From contig NC_043001.1 of assembly GCF_006345805.1 (NCBI RefSeq), positions 94,798,001-94,862,000 on the forward strand: a stretch of DNA of 64,000 nt, in the 5' to 3' direction. Shown here one piece after another: positions 1 to 13,890 of the stretch. The notes under the pieces were generated by a model, which worked only from the letters and a program-made list of their open reading frames with translations, was not told where the DNA came from and made no database searches. This DNA is from Octopus sinensis. Its lineage: Eukaryota. Each line of letters starts with the position of its first letter. The stretch's first letter is position 1. The position numbers and the translations under genes were made by a program.

Positions 1-867
1 ACAGACACTCTCTCACATACACTCTCTCTCACACACACATATATACGGATTATGCCATCGCGTTACGCAAACGAATTATAACATGAATTCATACAATAAA
101 TTACGTATCAATTTTCTAAACTTACGTATCCATTTTCTAAAATTACGTATCCATTTTCTAAAATCCGCTATATATATTTTGGGAGATAAGTCTGCATATG
201 TATATATATCTGTGTGTGTGCATGGCTGCATATATGCGAGGGAATTGCTGTATGTGTTTGTCCTTGTGTGTTTGTATATAATATCATGTATTTTGAAAAC
301 TTATCCCAATGATTTCTCACTTATTCCATATGAATGTCTACAATACTATGTATGGTGTGCTAACACCAATGATTTGCTTATACGTGAGCAGTAGCTGAAC
401 GTATTTGTATTGCTTTCTTCAAGTTTGGTGGAACGACCACCGTTTTGACTGGCATGTTCCAAATTACTTTTGACTACTTCTCGTCTGTTGGATCATACCT
501 AATACATATTTGGACAAATTACATTTTAACCATATACATCCATTTATATGTGTGAGTGTGTGTATAAAGAGGTCGATAGACTGATAGGTAAATAGATAAA
601 GTGTTTCATATTGGGCTAGATCTGCAGTTATTTTGTTTCATAGTTAAATAGATACATACATAGATATTTAGAGACGTAGACTTCAGTTTCAACATGAAAC
701 AGCATGTCACATGACAGATGTTTGAATCTGTTGTTTTTGTCAGAGGTTTTGTATAATGGTAGAAGCGAATGAAACTCCTTATCTTCTATGTTTACTCTGC
801 ATAATCTGTAAGGCATTCGGCAAAACAATTTAGCTATCACTTCTTAGTGAAAATTGCATCATCCCCC

Positions 868-868
868 A

Positions 869-917
<49 letters not shown>

Positions 918-918
918 G

Positions 919-986
<68 letters not shown>

Positions 987-1010
987 ACTACTTATATATA
1001 TATATATATA

Positions 1011-1044
<34 letters not shown>

Positions 1045-1045
1045 G
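868..1045. repeat. (TATC)n-(TA)n-(GT)n compound microsatellite
   Basis: Directly visible. Confidence 0.97.
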
Positions 1046-1186
1046 TAAGTAGCTTGCTTACTAACCACATCGTTCTCCGCTCAGTTCCATTGCGTGGCTC
1101 CTTGGGCAGGTATCTTGTACTATTGCCTCGGGATGACCAAAGCTTTAAGAGTGGATTTGGTAGAGGGAAACTAAAAGAAGCCCGTC

Positions 1187-1234
<48 letters not shown>

Positions 1235-1430
1235 CATATATACATATATATATATATATAAATATATATGTGTGTGTGTGTGTTTGTGTGTTTGTGCGTA
1301 TGTATATGTATGTATGTATATATGTATATGAATATGCTTGTCTGTCTATTTGTCTCCCTAACATCACTTGACAATCGATGATTACGTCAATTAGCGCTTC
1401 GGCAAGAAATACCGATAAAATAATTAAGAA
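1039..1430 (+). mobile_element. tRNA-derived SINE family A, degenerate copy with expanded internal TA/GT tract
   Basis: Shares gtggtaagtagcttgctta..ccttgggcag..aaagaagcccgtcg head and cttgacaatcgat..ttagcgcttcggcaa tail blocks with the copies at 5.4, 10.1, 25.2 and 57.5 kb. Confidence 0.8.
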
Positions 1431-1581
1431 TATAATATAAGATAGAATAATTAATTAAGAGTGACTAATTTCATAAGCAGGTGGCCAATATGCAGGATTG
1501 TAATATCTTTGCAGATGATGATACATGTAATGCTTTCTCATCCTTATGGAAGAAATACTTATATATATATATATTATATAT

Positions 1582-1672
<91 letters not shown>

Positions 1673-2244
1673 GGTATATACATACATACAAATACACACA
1701 GACACACATGCATACATATATATGTATACACATACATACTTATATATGTATATATATATATATATATATCTATATACATATGTACATATGTATGTGTGTT
1801 TCCGTATCCGAGAATTGAGTCCCTGTTTCTCTATATATACGTAAATGAATGCGCGATAGGTATTGATAATAAATATCAAATTGGTGAATGTAAGGGAAAT
1901 GTTAAGGTCATGATACTAATATCAAATATATGACTTTTAATATCCTGTCCGAAGAGATTTTGTATTATGCTCTGAAATTATCTAGCATCGTGTATACAAA
2001 TTCTACAGCAGCACACAGTACTAATATTCGAATGCAAAACTATTTAATATCTAATATTACCTTTTGCACACAGATTGATATCACGTCATTTAAAATTGTA
2101 TTGTCAGTAATTAACGCTTTTACAATTATGAATATATATCCATATTTTATTGAAATACGTATTTCTATTTGACATGGATACATCCATTTAAAGCGAGCTA
2201 TATACGTTAATGCTTACATAGATGTTATAAATTTATATTTAGCG

Positions 2245-2291
<47 letters not shown>

Positions 2292-2657
2292 ATATATATA
2301 TAATATATATATATATAATGTATGCTTGCGTGTATTTAATAAGTGAACATATCGGGTTTGGTGATGAATATTTGTTACTTTTTGAGATGCTCTCTAGCTA
2401 TGTGAACTTCTTGATTACGTGTGACAGAAACTGCACGAAATATCGTTTGATAAGTAGTTCATGTTGAATTACTTATACAGGTCACCTTCAAGTGATTTGA
2501 AGACATATCTCTAAAACCGATTTCACACACGAGGGTGATGTTCATAATTGTGGCTCAATAAATCGAAAGTAGGACTTCAAGATTGCGAACCTGGGCATCT
2601 ACACCGTCCGCTATACAGAATTTCCTCACAGTTATATACACACGCATATATATATAT

Positions 2658-2750
<93 letters not shown>

Positions 2751-5012
2751 ATATATATATATATATATACATACATACATATATATATATATATACATAC
2801 ATACATATATATATATATAATATATATATATATACGCGTGTACATGAGTGCATGTTTATTCAAGTGATATGTGTGTGTGAGACTGTGTATGTATGTTAGT
2901 GTGTCTATACATATATATATGTGAGCGTGTGTATATATGCACCTATCTATCTTTTGGTCTCTGTCTGTCTCTCTCTCTCACTATATATATATGCCTGCGC
3001 CAGCGTAAATATTTCTTTAAGTAGTATATATACATATATACGTGTCTCTTTGTGTGTGCGTGTGAACATTATGTACATATTCATAAAATCGCCAATGTGT
3101 AGACACTATATTGAAATATCTCATAACAAACTCCAAAGGTTATTAAAATCTTCCTCTTTTATTATCAAATGTAAAATAAACTTTGGCTATGAATTGAATT
3201 CCTACGCACAATTAGAACAGTACGTAGAAGATTCAATAGATGGCAGAATGAGAAATATATTGAATAAGCTAGCAACATTATGAAAAGATGCCGCTTTGAG
3301 CTATGAATATCTTATTACTCACCGTTCACTCTATCATTCAGCTATTTCTTTGATCGGGTCAAATATGTCAAACGAAGACAACATACTGTCTATCGCAAAA
3401 CGGAGCTCATGGCCATATTTTATAAAAATATATATTTATAATTATTATTTATAGTTGTTATGGGAATATTCCATTAAATTTTAATCACAACTTGATTGCA
3501 AAGCCCGTGATATATATATACACAATAAATAATATTCAAAAATTTCATCTCAGTATTTCGGTGTGAATATCCTTGCTATTTTCATATGAAAATGGCGTCA
3601 TATCTACAAGTAAATAACCTATACATTTTAGCATTAAAAAAAAAATCCCACAACAGTAGAAATTTATTTTCATACATTAGCTATGTTTGGGAATATAAAC
3701 ATATATACACGCGTGCGCGCACACACAAGATACTAGTGTATGACTATAAAATTTATGTATATATTGCAGCGTAGAACGTATAGATTAACAGTTGAATTTA
3801 TATCCAATATGGTGTTATAATTTCGGTCTCTTGAAATAACGGCATGTTGACTGATAAAAATTGACGTGCAGCACATTTTGTCCCAGTATCGAGCGGTGAA
3901 TATTTGTATTTCGGAATGATTAACTTTTGTCTTCCATGCTGTAGGCACTTCGGTTTCAGAACACATTCTCAGATCAAAATACTTGCTAGGCAAGTACATC
4001 TCATCAGTCTCCATATATGTAAGTCCAACGTGTGTGTTTTAAAAAAGAATTCACTTTTCATCCTGTATTACGCAGGAAAATGTAGTGCAACACACGAGGA
4101 AACATCTATATTAACTGAATATTCAGGCTATATTCTTATTCATACCTGAAGAACCTTCACTATAATATTATGACGAATCTTCTTTTTCGTAATTACATGG
4201 TGGCCATAGCAGTTTGCTTGCTCTGAAATCATCACAATAATTCTGTCGTTTGAAAATGGTTGTTCACATTGAAATTTCTATCACGAGCCGATGTTGTATT
4301 TACAGGTTTACGGAAATCTGCTGATTTGTCACTTTGCAAAATATTCGAAATATGGGTGTAGATATCCAACACAAAAGTACTTTTTGAGAAGCATATATGA
4401 AATTTTATTATTCAATGTTACGATTACAAGGTGATATATATTTCCCTTACAGTTTACACATTACACACGTCAACGTGATTTGTCGCTCTTCCCTTGGGCT
4501 TTGGACAAGGCTAGTCTAGTCTACTCTATATCCGTGCTGTATTTCAATTTATGTTCTCAATATTTTTCTAACCGATTTTAGTAATTACACAGCATCATAA
4601 TCTATGGACACACCAGTACTGTATGTTGTGTATATCCGATACATATTTACTTTCATTGATCAAGCGTTCTTAACGGCAACTTTTCTCAATTGTGGGATGA
4701 TTAATATCCCTATCATCAAGCTTACGTGTCTAGTTGACATTGTAGGAATGCAGTTCTACATTTATTTATAAATTGATTTATATACGAAAACCAGCCTGAA
4801 ATGTCTACGGAGAAATCTGATGAGACAATGGGAAAAGCAATAAATGTGTATCCACACTCAATCAATTGAATATACGTTCTATACTCACCTGTAGATATAT
4901 TCCATTAAAATTTTGTTTATCATTAATTAATGTATCACACATTTTATGTATTGTGTTTAGTTAAAATTTATTCTATATTAAATCCAAAGCAGCAATCTTC
5001 AGTTCAGAACAA

Positions 5013-5074
5013 TTACGATTCTCGTACTCATATATCGTGCTCTCCAGGACGATATATGAGTACAAGAATCGTAA
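5013..5074. other. Near-perfect 26 bp stem / 10 nt loop hairpin
   Basis: ttacgattctcgtactcatatatcgt (5013-5038) pairs with acgatatatgagtacaagaatcgtaa (5049-5074) with one mismatch. Confidence 0.85.
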
Positions 5075-5444
5075 ATCTCCAAACAAGTATATATTAATTC
5101 AAATTTAATAGGGCCCCGTATTATATCCCAAATTTGATAGCGCATCATACTATATCCCATTTAAGGCTAAATTTACTATTGCTATCGTTAAGTTCCAATA
5201 TTTTTGTAGATAATGATATGCCCGTATAGTATATGCAGGTGAGTTTGTGCTCGTATAATATATGCAAACCGTGTGTCGGTAGCCAACTGGAAAAAATATT
5301 TGCCTAGGGCTAAATAACACTAACATCGTACTTGTATAGGACTGCTACATTATGATGGCAAATAAACTTTTCTATTCGGCACTGTTATTGAACATCTCTC
5401 GCTCAGACATTCAACACAAGCTGCTTTTCTCTTTATATATATAT

Positions 5445-5836
5445 GTGACTGTGTAAGTAGCTTACTTACCAACCACATGGTTCTGGGTTCAGTCCCACTG
5501 CGTGGCACTTTGGGCAAGTGTCTATTACTATAGCCTCGGGCCGACCAAAGCCTTGTGAGTGGATTTGGTAAACGGAAACTGAAAGAAGCCTGTCATGTAT
5601 ATGTATATATATATGTATGTGTGTCTGTGTTTGTCCTCCCAACATCGTTCGACAACCGATGTTGGTGTGTTCATGTTCCCGTAACTTAGCGGTTCGGCAA
5701 ATGAGAGCGTTAGAATAAGTACTAGGCTTACAACGAATAAGTGTTGGGGGTCGATTTGGTCGACTAAAACCGGTGCTCCAGCATGTCCGCAGTCAAATGA
5801 CTGAAACAAGTAAAAGAGTAAATGTGTAAAAGAGTA
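5445..5836 (+). mobile_element. tRNA-derived SINE family A, near full length
   Basis: B-box-like ggttcagtccc; CORE-like ctttgggcaagtgtctatt..agcctc; internal TA/GT tract; tail gtcaaatgactgaaacaagtaaaagagta. Aligns to the other copies in the window. Confidence 0.9.
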
Positions 5837-6292
5837 TGCATGTATCCGCATGAGTAAGCATGTGTGTCTTTCACTATATATGCATAGAAATATAAAAATA
5901 CACACTCATCAAACACTGAGACATATATGGATGTATGTTCGGGTATTCGCAAACAATTGACGATTTAATATAGCATATTTTGTCTACAAAAATAGTTGGC
6001 ACATGCATCAGTATCGATTTAAAATATTTATTTTCTCTTTTTGAACTGTTAGCTGCTGGTTCTGTATAATCTTGTCAATGCAAGGGCTTCTGTATTCCTT
6101 TCGTTCTCCCAACCTTCTCTTCCTCTCTACCCACGTCTGTTCTGTGTATCTGTCTGTCTTCCATTCTATGTATATGCATACATGCAAACATCATACATAC
6201 ATATACATGTATATGTATATGTATATATGTATATATATATATGTATATATATATATATAATATATATATATATATAATATATATATATATAT

Positions 6293-6328
<36 letters not shown>

Positions 6329-6329
6329 C

Positions 6330-6360
<31 letters not shown>

Positions 6361-6620
6361 GTAGAAATATGTTACGAAAAGAATATAAAATACACGTGGA
6401 AATGTACGGGGGGAAAATATGAAAAATCAACGAAAATGCATATTGCAGATAGAAAAAGGCTATTTATGACAGGTAGTGACAAATATATACATTTAGATTG
6501 ACTGAGGTAGTAATACGAGTCATAAAAGTCTTTATTATGAGATTATTATAAGATGTTAATAATAATAAAGTAAGAGAACAAAACGAACAATTGCTTTACG
6601 GGTAGGCTATCATCGTTTGA

Positions 6621-6917
6621 ATATATAGGGGAGTTCACGAATAAAACACAAAACGAAGATAGATGGTGTATTAAACACACAGATGTATTAGCGTAACGCT
6701 CAGGAAATTGAAAATAATCTTTTACGTTTCGAGCCTACGCTCTTCTACAGAAAAGGACACTGAACAAAAACAAGGAAAGTAACCCTTTCTGTAGAGGAGC
6801 GTAGGCTCGAAACGTAAAAGTCTTTTCAATTTCCTGAGCATTATACTAATACATCTGTTTGTTTTAGACCACACTTGTCTTCGTCCTTTGTTTTTTTCGT
6901 GAACTCTCCCCATATAT
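6621..6917. repeat. Fold-back of two head-to-head Penelope-like terminal repeat fragments, each with a minimal hammerhead-like motif
   Basis: Arms 6621-6756 and 6783-6917 are reverse complements around a 26 nt spacer. Each arm contains CTGTAGA-(a/g)GAGC-gtag-GCTC-GAAA-CGT-A. The same family occurs at 50877-51015. Confidence 0.75.
6785..6820 (+). ncRNA. Putative minimal type I hammerhead ribozyme, variant core
   Basis: cttt|CTGTAGA|g|gagc-gtag-gctc|GAAA|CGT|A|aaag gives stem I cttt/aaag, stem II gagc/gctc and a palindromic ACGT stem III. The core has U in place of the canonical A6. Activity untested. Confidence 0.55.
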
Positions 6918-7070
6918 CACATGCTTACGTGATAGCACCAGTTGATCCTGGCATTTAAATCACACACGGACTTCTCCACTGGAATTTCTACCTATCTACC
7001 CTTTACGGATTCTCTGTTGGACATTTACCCTTAGGCTGCACTTCTCCTACCAACGTATGACTGTGGACGC

Positions 7071-7175
<105 letters not shown>

Positions 7176-7197
7176 TATGTATATGTGTGTCTGTGTG

Positions 7198-7228
<31 letters not shown>

Positions 7229-7647
7229 ATATTTATATATATGGAGTTAAACGGAGGTGTTATTCAAATCTTTTTTTTACTTCTGACATGCGTTTCAGAA
7301 GGAATAAAAATAATATAAAACAATGCAATCTTCTCATCAGGGAAACAAAAAAAGCCAAAGACATCAGTAAGACATTTTAAACGAATGTGAGTACTGCGTA
7401 TATTATGAAGGGAAGGCTAGCAAGTTATTGTTTTTTTTCTGAAAACTGTTAAAAGATATAAGGTCAATGGCAGTTTATAGAAAGAGAAGGAGGAGAAAGA
7501 AAGGAAGTAGCAGAAAACTAATATTGGAGAGATATGCATCGATAGGTGAACAGGAATATATCTTAAAGTATTGGAAGTAAATATATTTAGTGCAAGTGAA
7601 AATTAAGAAGAGAGTTAAAGGTCGAATTTTATAGAATGGTAGTACGG

Positions 7648-7722
<75 letters not shown>

Positions 7723-9601
7723 AAGATTTTTTTGCGTAACAAGATAAAAAACGAAGGCTGTATAGATATTAGAGCATTTATAGAGAGAAGGTCTTACAGA
7801 TGTTTCTTGGATATTTATTAATTATATCCCTTCATCGGAAACGGCGTGAGAGGAAAGTTAAGTCATAGCTAGTTTAGATGTGATACAAAATAGAGAGCGA
7901 GGTGGAGGAAAGAAAATAGATGCAAGATATGTATGGGTATTGAAATTGTAAATCCATTTTATAGGCATAATTGTATATATGCAATATCCTATGAGTAAAT
8001 TCCAAAAGTTCAACGTAGTTTAAAATGAGTCCATCCAAATATAGAGTTCATAAGCAATGTAAGATTCCCTTATGAGTGAGTTCCAGCAGACTTTTAAACT
8101 TGGTCATTCCCAGTAGAGAATGTATATAAAGTGTTGCAGATTCAAATGTTTATATTTAAAGTGACCTAAAAATAGGGACTGTATTAGTAAGATCAAATTG
8201 AAAACAGGAAGAGAGGAATGAAAGAAAGAGGAAAAAAATAAGAGAAAAAAGAGAAGAGAAAGAAAAAAATGAAAGAGAAAGGAGAGATAAGATTAGTAAA
8301 AATAACAAATTAATACAAAATAAAAACCTTGAAGAGTGATAAAGGGAATAAAGAGAAAATAAAAAGAAAAATGAAGATATAGATGAGTCAATGGTCAATG
8401 GAGATAATTTGAAAGTAGGAGTGGGGATATGAAGGGTGAAAGAGAGAGAAAGGTATTATAGTGTAAAAGATAGAGGAATGCGGGGGTGGGTGGAATCAGA
8501 GGTAAAGAAATGACCAACGTGTAGTAGTAGAGCCTAATTGTGTGGGCAGAGATATGAAGAATTAAAAAATGTATATGTTTAGCAGCTCGGTGTTTAGTAA
8601 TATGAGAAACAATGTATAAACGCTCTTATATAACGGAATATTCTCAGACAGGATTTCAGGTGCCATATACTGTAAATATGTTATAAATACAAGAATTTTT
8701 TTGTATCAATGCAGCAATTATCATCGGCATTTAGAACTCCATTGAATGCAGGACAGTGTTATAGATGACGGATGCACGTGCTCACTCACATAAATTAATC
8801 ACATTTTTTTAATGGCTGGAACGCATAGCGTCTTTTAGAGTACATCTCCAGTTCCTGAGATCTAAAGAGAAAATATAACACCTGATAATTGTTTCGCGTA
8901 ACATTGTTAAATGCAACATATATATGTTTGCATGAATTAATATAAGAATTATACAGATATTATATATCAGAGCAGCTCAAAAATATTACTAAACCTGCTA
9001 AATTTTTTGCTTCATTAAAACAAACTAAATTGGTATTTTATTCGACAATGAAAATATTTAGAGCCTACTTTACTTTTCCTTGGTTTTATGCCAAAATAAA
9101 AAAAAAAATAAACATTAAACATCAAATTCTTTTTACTGTTTCATTTCACTAGATTCTGTATAACACAACGAAGACATACAGCGAGGGAGTTTGGAAGAAT
9201 TCCAAAATAATGTAAAGCGCATATTTCTTTCAAATAAAGAAATATTTTTCCTTATTCGGTTCGGCTTAAATCATTCATAGATTTTCCCCTAGTGTTATTC
9301 TTTATTTTATGTATTTGTATTTTTAATTTTATTTTTTATTTTGTTGTTTTTCATAACTATTTTGATAGTGCTTCATTATCTGATTTCCACTTTCCGATTA
9401 ATTTTCTCACATCGTGTACAGTTTCGGTTTCACTTCGCCATATTTTTTAGCAACATTCTTTTTTTATTTACAAACACACGCACGCATACACACAAAGAAA
9501 TACACATTTATCTCAGTATATATATATATTTATTTACTTATTCATTTATTTATTTACACAGACACGCAAACATACACAAAAAGGACCACACACTTATCTC
9601 C

Positions 9602-9647
<46 letters not shown>

Positions 9648-10110
9648 GTATAACGTATACCTATTTATTTGCTACTTTGCACTCAGTTTCTAGAGACATC
9701 TTAAGGGACATACTTTACTAATATCTTTTTCGGTTTATGAATACACTTTTATTTCCGACAAACACAAATCTGCATAATATATACATACATCATAGAGAAC
9801 AATTCCATATTTACATATGTGAAAGTATTTGAAGTAGAATTAACTGTTGAAATCATAAATAAATCTGGCTATATGTGAATATTTGTGAACATATTAATAG
9901 GTTTGGAAATGCGAGTATATTTACAGACGGAGCTATATGTGCACACGCAGAAGTAGACATAGAAAATCACAGAAGCAAGTTTATGCATACTTTCAAACTC
10001 ACAAAACAGAAACCAGATACCCAAACGTATGATATACACAACTATTGTATGTGTGTCATGAATTTTCCATATATGTATGTTGTATATGTATATACGTGTG
10101 TAGTCTTAAT

Positions 10111-10315
10111 CTTTTACTTGTTTCGCTCATTTCACTGTGGCCATGCTGGAGCACTGCCATTAGTCGAGCAAATCGAAACCAGGACTTATTCTTTGTAAGC
10201 CTATTACTTATTCTATCGGTCTCTTTTGCCGAACCGCTAAGTTACGGATACGTAAACACACCAGTATCTGTTGTCAAGCGATGGTGCGGGGCCAAACACA
10301 AACAAACACACACAA

Positions 10316-10375
<60 letters not shown>

Positions 10376-10548
10376 GACGGGCTTCTTTCAGTTTCCTTCT
10401 ATCAAATCCACTCAGAAGGCTTTCATCGGTCCCACGCCATAGTAGAAGACACTTGCACAAGTTGCCACGCAGTGGGACTGAGCCCGGTTTGCTTACAAAC
10501 AACGTGGTTTGTAAGCACGATACTTACCACACAGCCATTCCTGCGCCT
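10111..10548 (-). mobile_element. tRNA-derived SINE family A, full length
   Basis: The reverse strand begins aggcgcaggaatggctgtgtggtaag (A-box-like) and has a B-box-like gctcagtccc. Internal (CA)n(TA)n; tail reads cttttacttgtttc on +. Confidence 0.92.
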
Positions 10549-12818
10549 ATGAATTTATATATACATTTACGAATATATATATATATCAATAAATATATAG
10601 ATGTGTGTAAGTGTGTATATATATATGTATGTAAATGTGAGTGTGTGTGTGAACATTGAAAGTGTATACGGATATTGTCTAGATTTAAGTGCGAGTAAAT
10701 AGAGAATGAAAGAGAGAGAAAGAGAGAGAAAGAGAGGGATACATATGAGAACAAATAATCCCTCTTGATCAAGTGATTACACCACTGGGACAGAACTCAA
10801 TGAAAAAGTATGAGCAGACCTCAATGTTGCGTCTCATTTATGCAGAAATGTGTGATAAATATTTCCTTGCCTCCTTTGTAAAAATTTCATGTTGAAATAA
10901 GTAAAAGATGGAAGAACCGTGTAATGGATAATATTTATAATTAACAGAGCAAAGTACTAAAGGAAGTTATGACAGTAATATAAAACTTATATCATTCTAA
11001 TGGAATGAATAATAAGAATGAAAACAAATTATTAAAGATATACGACAATACTGTTGAGTATAAAATTCTAGTTTGCTAATAGTTATAACAATGTAAATTT
11101 ATAAAAAAGTAAAACATAAAACTAGGAATGCGCTAAATACTAGTGAATATTAAAAAATAGGTTGAATATATTTCAATTAAGATAATTGTATACAGCGCGA
11201 AACAATGAATAGCAATATCTAAAATCTATATTTTTCTCTTTTGTACGTTTATATTGTTTGTTTTTTTTATTTTAAGATAAAAGAAGATAAAAATTACAAA
11301 TGAATTAATAGTGTTAAATTAAAGAGGAAAACAGAGTAAAATTGATTTGTAAAGGTTAATAATTGAAAGGAATTAAAAAGGATGTGTGTGAAAAACCCTA
11401 TGGTAAGTGCAGAGCATATATGCAGTACACTATAAGACTATGGTAATGATAATCGAAAATGAAGAGGGCAACGAAGGTTAAGTGAAGAAATTCCGAACAT
11501 GTATTAGAATGCAAGAATGTTTTGGCTTGAAGATGGGTATAAGTATAAAGAATTAATACAGATAGAATACGAGTGTATTCGCAATAGAAGGATTAAAATA
11601 GCAAAAACATTATTTAAGCTACAATTAAGAGAAGGTATTCGTTGTTAACGTGGACGTAGCTAGAAATAAATACATATAAACTGAGAGAAAATGAGTTGTA
11701 ATGGGTTGATGTTTAGAATTGATTTGCAACGGAACTTTTGTAGTATATAAGGGAATATAATAGATATAGTATATAAGAGAATATAATAGATATAAGAGAA
11801 TTTGAGGGGCTCAGTGAAGAAGCATCTATGACAAAATATGTCCGGATTAATCAAGAGAATGATAGAGTCAATAGCTCATACCTCGACTAACTTTATTAGA
11901 GGTCATTATATTTCGCCTCTTTTCGTTTTCAAGCAATAGGTTCCTAGACTGCTTCAATAAGAAGTAGTGTGTGCCGAAATCATCAACACAGGCAGCAACC
12001 GTATCATTAGCAGCAAAGTTGCAATGTCAATAATAGCAAGCAGAGCAACGACAACAGTAATATCAGCTTTAATTCCTGTTTCTTTATTTTCTATTTGCAT
12101 TGTTAACCGGGCTTCCACTCATATATATGCTGATATACGTAATTTTCTACAGCATTGTAAAACTATTTCTTGTTGACATTACTAATAGAAAACTACTATA
12201 AAACATTCACAATAGGACTACAATGGTATCTAATTTAGGATTAAGAGAATCGAACATAAAATGCTACAAAACATGAACAGGACATGAAACTGATTTCATC
12301 AGAGAAGCCAAAAAATGCAAAGCAGCTGCCAGTAGAACCGACAGCTACTTAAAAAGTATGAAACAGTAAAATCATTAGATTAGCTAATATCTCAGTTAAA
12401 TTTGGAAGAAAAGAATGGCATTGAAAACGAATGCAAGAAAAGCCTCAACAAGGTAAATATAGACGTAAGATAATCAATGTATTTAAACAAAGAGAATCCA
12501 ACACTGAGAAACGTGAGGCTCATAACAAAGATCCTAAGGTACTTAAAACGATATATTATCCTTTCTACTACAGACAAAAAAATGTGGAATTTTGCGGTTT
12601 ATTCCATTCTATCGAGCGATGTACTCCAGTGGAATTTCACCCTCCCCAAATGGACGAATCGAAAAGCCAACCTCAGCGGAATTTGAATTCAGAATGTAAA
12701 GACGCTTGAGATGCAGCAAGGCATTAAATCATTAAAGCATTTCGTCTGGCTTGCAAAGATTTGTGACTACTCGTTGCCTTATAGCGTCACAACCAGCAAA
12801 CCCTCTTCAGCGGAAACT

Positions 12819-12857
<39 letters not shown>

Positions 12858-13139
12858 GAGCAAAATGCCGTCTCCCCTGTCTAATGGACGGTGCTGAGTT
12901 GTCAAACATTTAAACCAAATTTTCTCAAAACAACTTGTCCGACCGTCACATAGGTCCACCCTTTGGGAAACACTGATTTAACCTTAATTAGAGACACTAG
13001 CAAAAGAAGAAATAATGATAGACTATTTTTCTATTACAAAGAGAAACGATTTTATTCACACAAATATGCAACCGACGTGTTTAAAGTACAATGAAGTACA
13101 ACGCAACATCTGATGTACTTGCTCGTACAAATGCACGTG

Positions 13140-13352
13140 TGTCTGTGTTTGTCTCCCAGCATCGCTTGACAACCGATGCTGGTGTGTTTACGTGCCCGTC
13201 AATTAGCGGTTCTGTAAAAAGTGACTGATAGAATACGTACTAGGCTTACAAAGTATAAGTCCTGGGGTTGATCTCATCGACTAAAGGTGGTGCTCCAGCT
13301 TGGCCACAGTCAAATGTCTGGAACAAGTAAAACAGTAAAACAGTAAAAGACA
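13140..13352 (+). mobile_element. SINE family A, 3' half
   Basis: gcatcgcttgacaaccgatgctggtgtgtttac...gtcaaatgtctggaacaagtaaaacagtaaaacagtaaaaga matches the family tail, including its short terminal repeats. Confidence 0.85.
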
Positions 13353-13719
13353 GCATTGTTTAAGTATAGCTAACATCATGCATCAAATTAGAAAACAGAC
13401 GACAGAAGCTAAGAATATTTTTACAGTATATGGAAAATTATGTTGGACACTGTACAGATGTTACGTAGAGTAGTTTAAACGCTTCAAATTAAAAACCCCC
13501 AAAACAAATAACAGTAAATTATGATGGCGTATCAGTTGGCATTATTATGGCCTCTAAGACTGATTGGAGGGAGAAAGATATGGTGACAGGAATGTTTTAT
13601 CATGTGTTAAATATGCAAAAGTTCGGAACTAATAGACAAGGAAACCAACTGAAAATCAAAAGCAGCACAGTGTAAGATATATGCCCTTTCTGATTTAGGC
13701 ACAAGTATTGAAATTCGTG

Positions 13720-13890
13720 GTGGTACACTCTCGATTATATCTCTCCTCCGCCCAATACTTGACCGGTAGTGATTTTATCGACCGCGAAAGTCAGACTCAG
13801 GGCGTAAGGATAAATGAAATGATGCATATGAAATGACGCAAATGATAAATGAAATGACGTGTGCTAACGATTCTGCCAGCTCGCCGCCTC
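13720..13890 (-). mobile_element. SINE family B, degenerate copy
   Basis: gaccggtagtgattttatcgaccgcgaaag and gctaacgattctgccagctcgccgcct are the reverse complement of the family B core and head. Confidence 0.65.

Noticed and set aside
99-161. CRISPR-like or regulatory repeat array
   Set aside because: Three contiguous 21 bp units with no spacers in a eukaryotic context: a simple minisatellite.
7450-8520. Penelope RT body next to the 6.6 kb fold-back (also the purine-rich 10950-11900 stretch)
   Set aside because: Strand-biased composition suggests decayed retroelement DNA, but I could not recover RT or GIY-YIG motifs.
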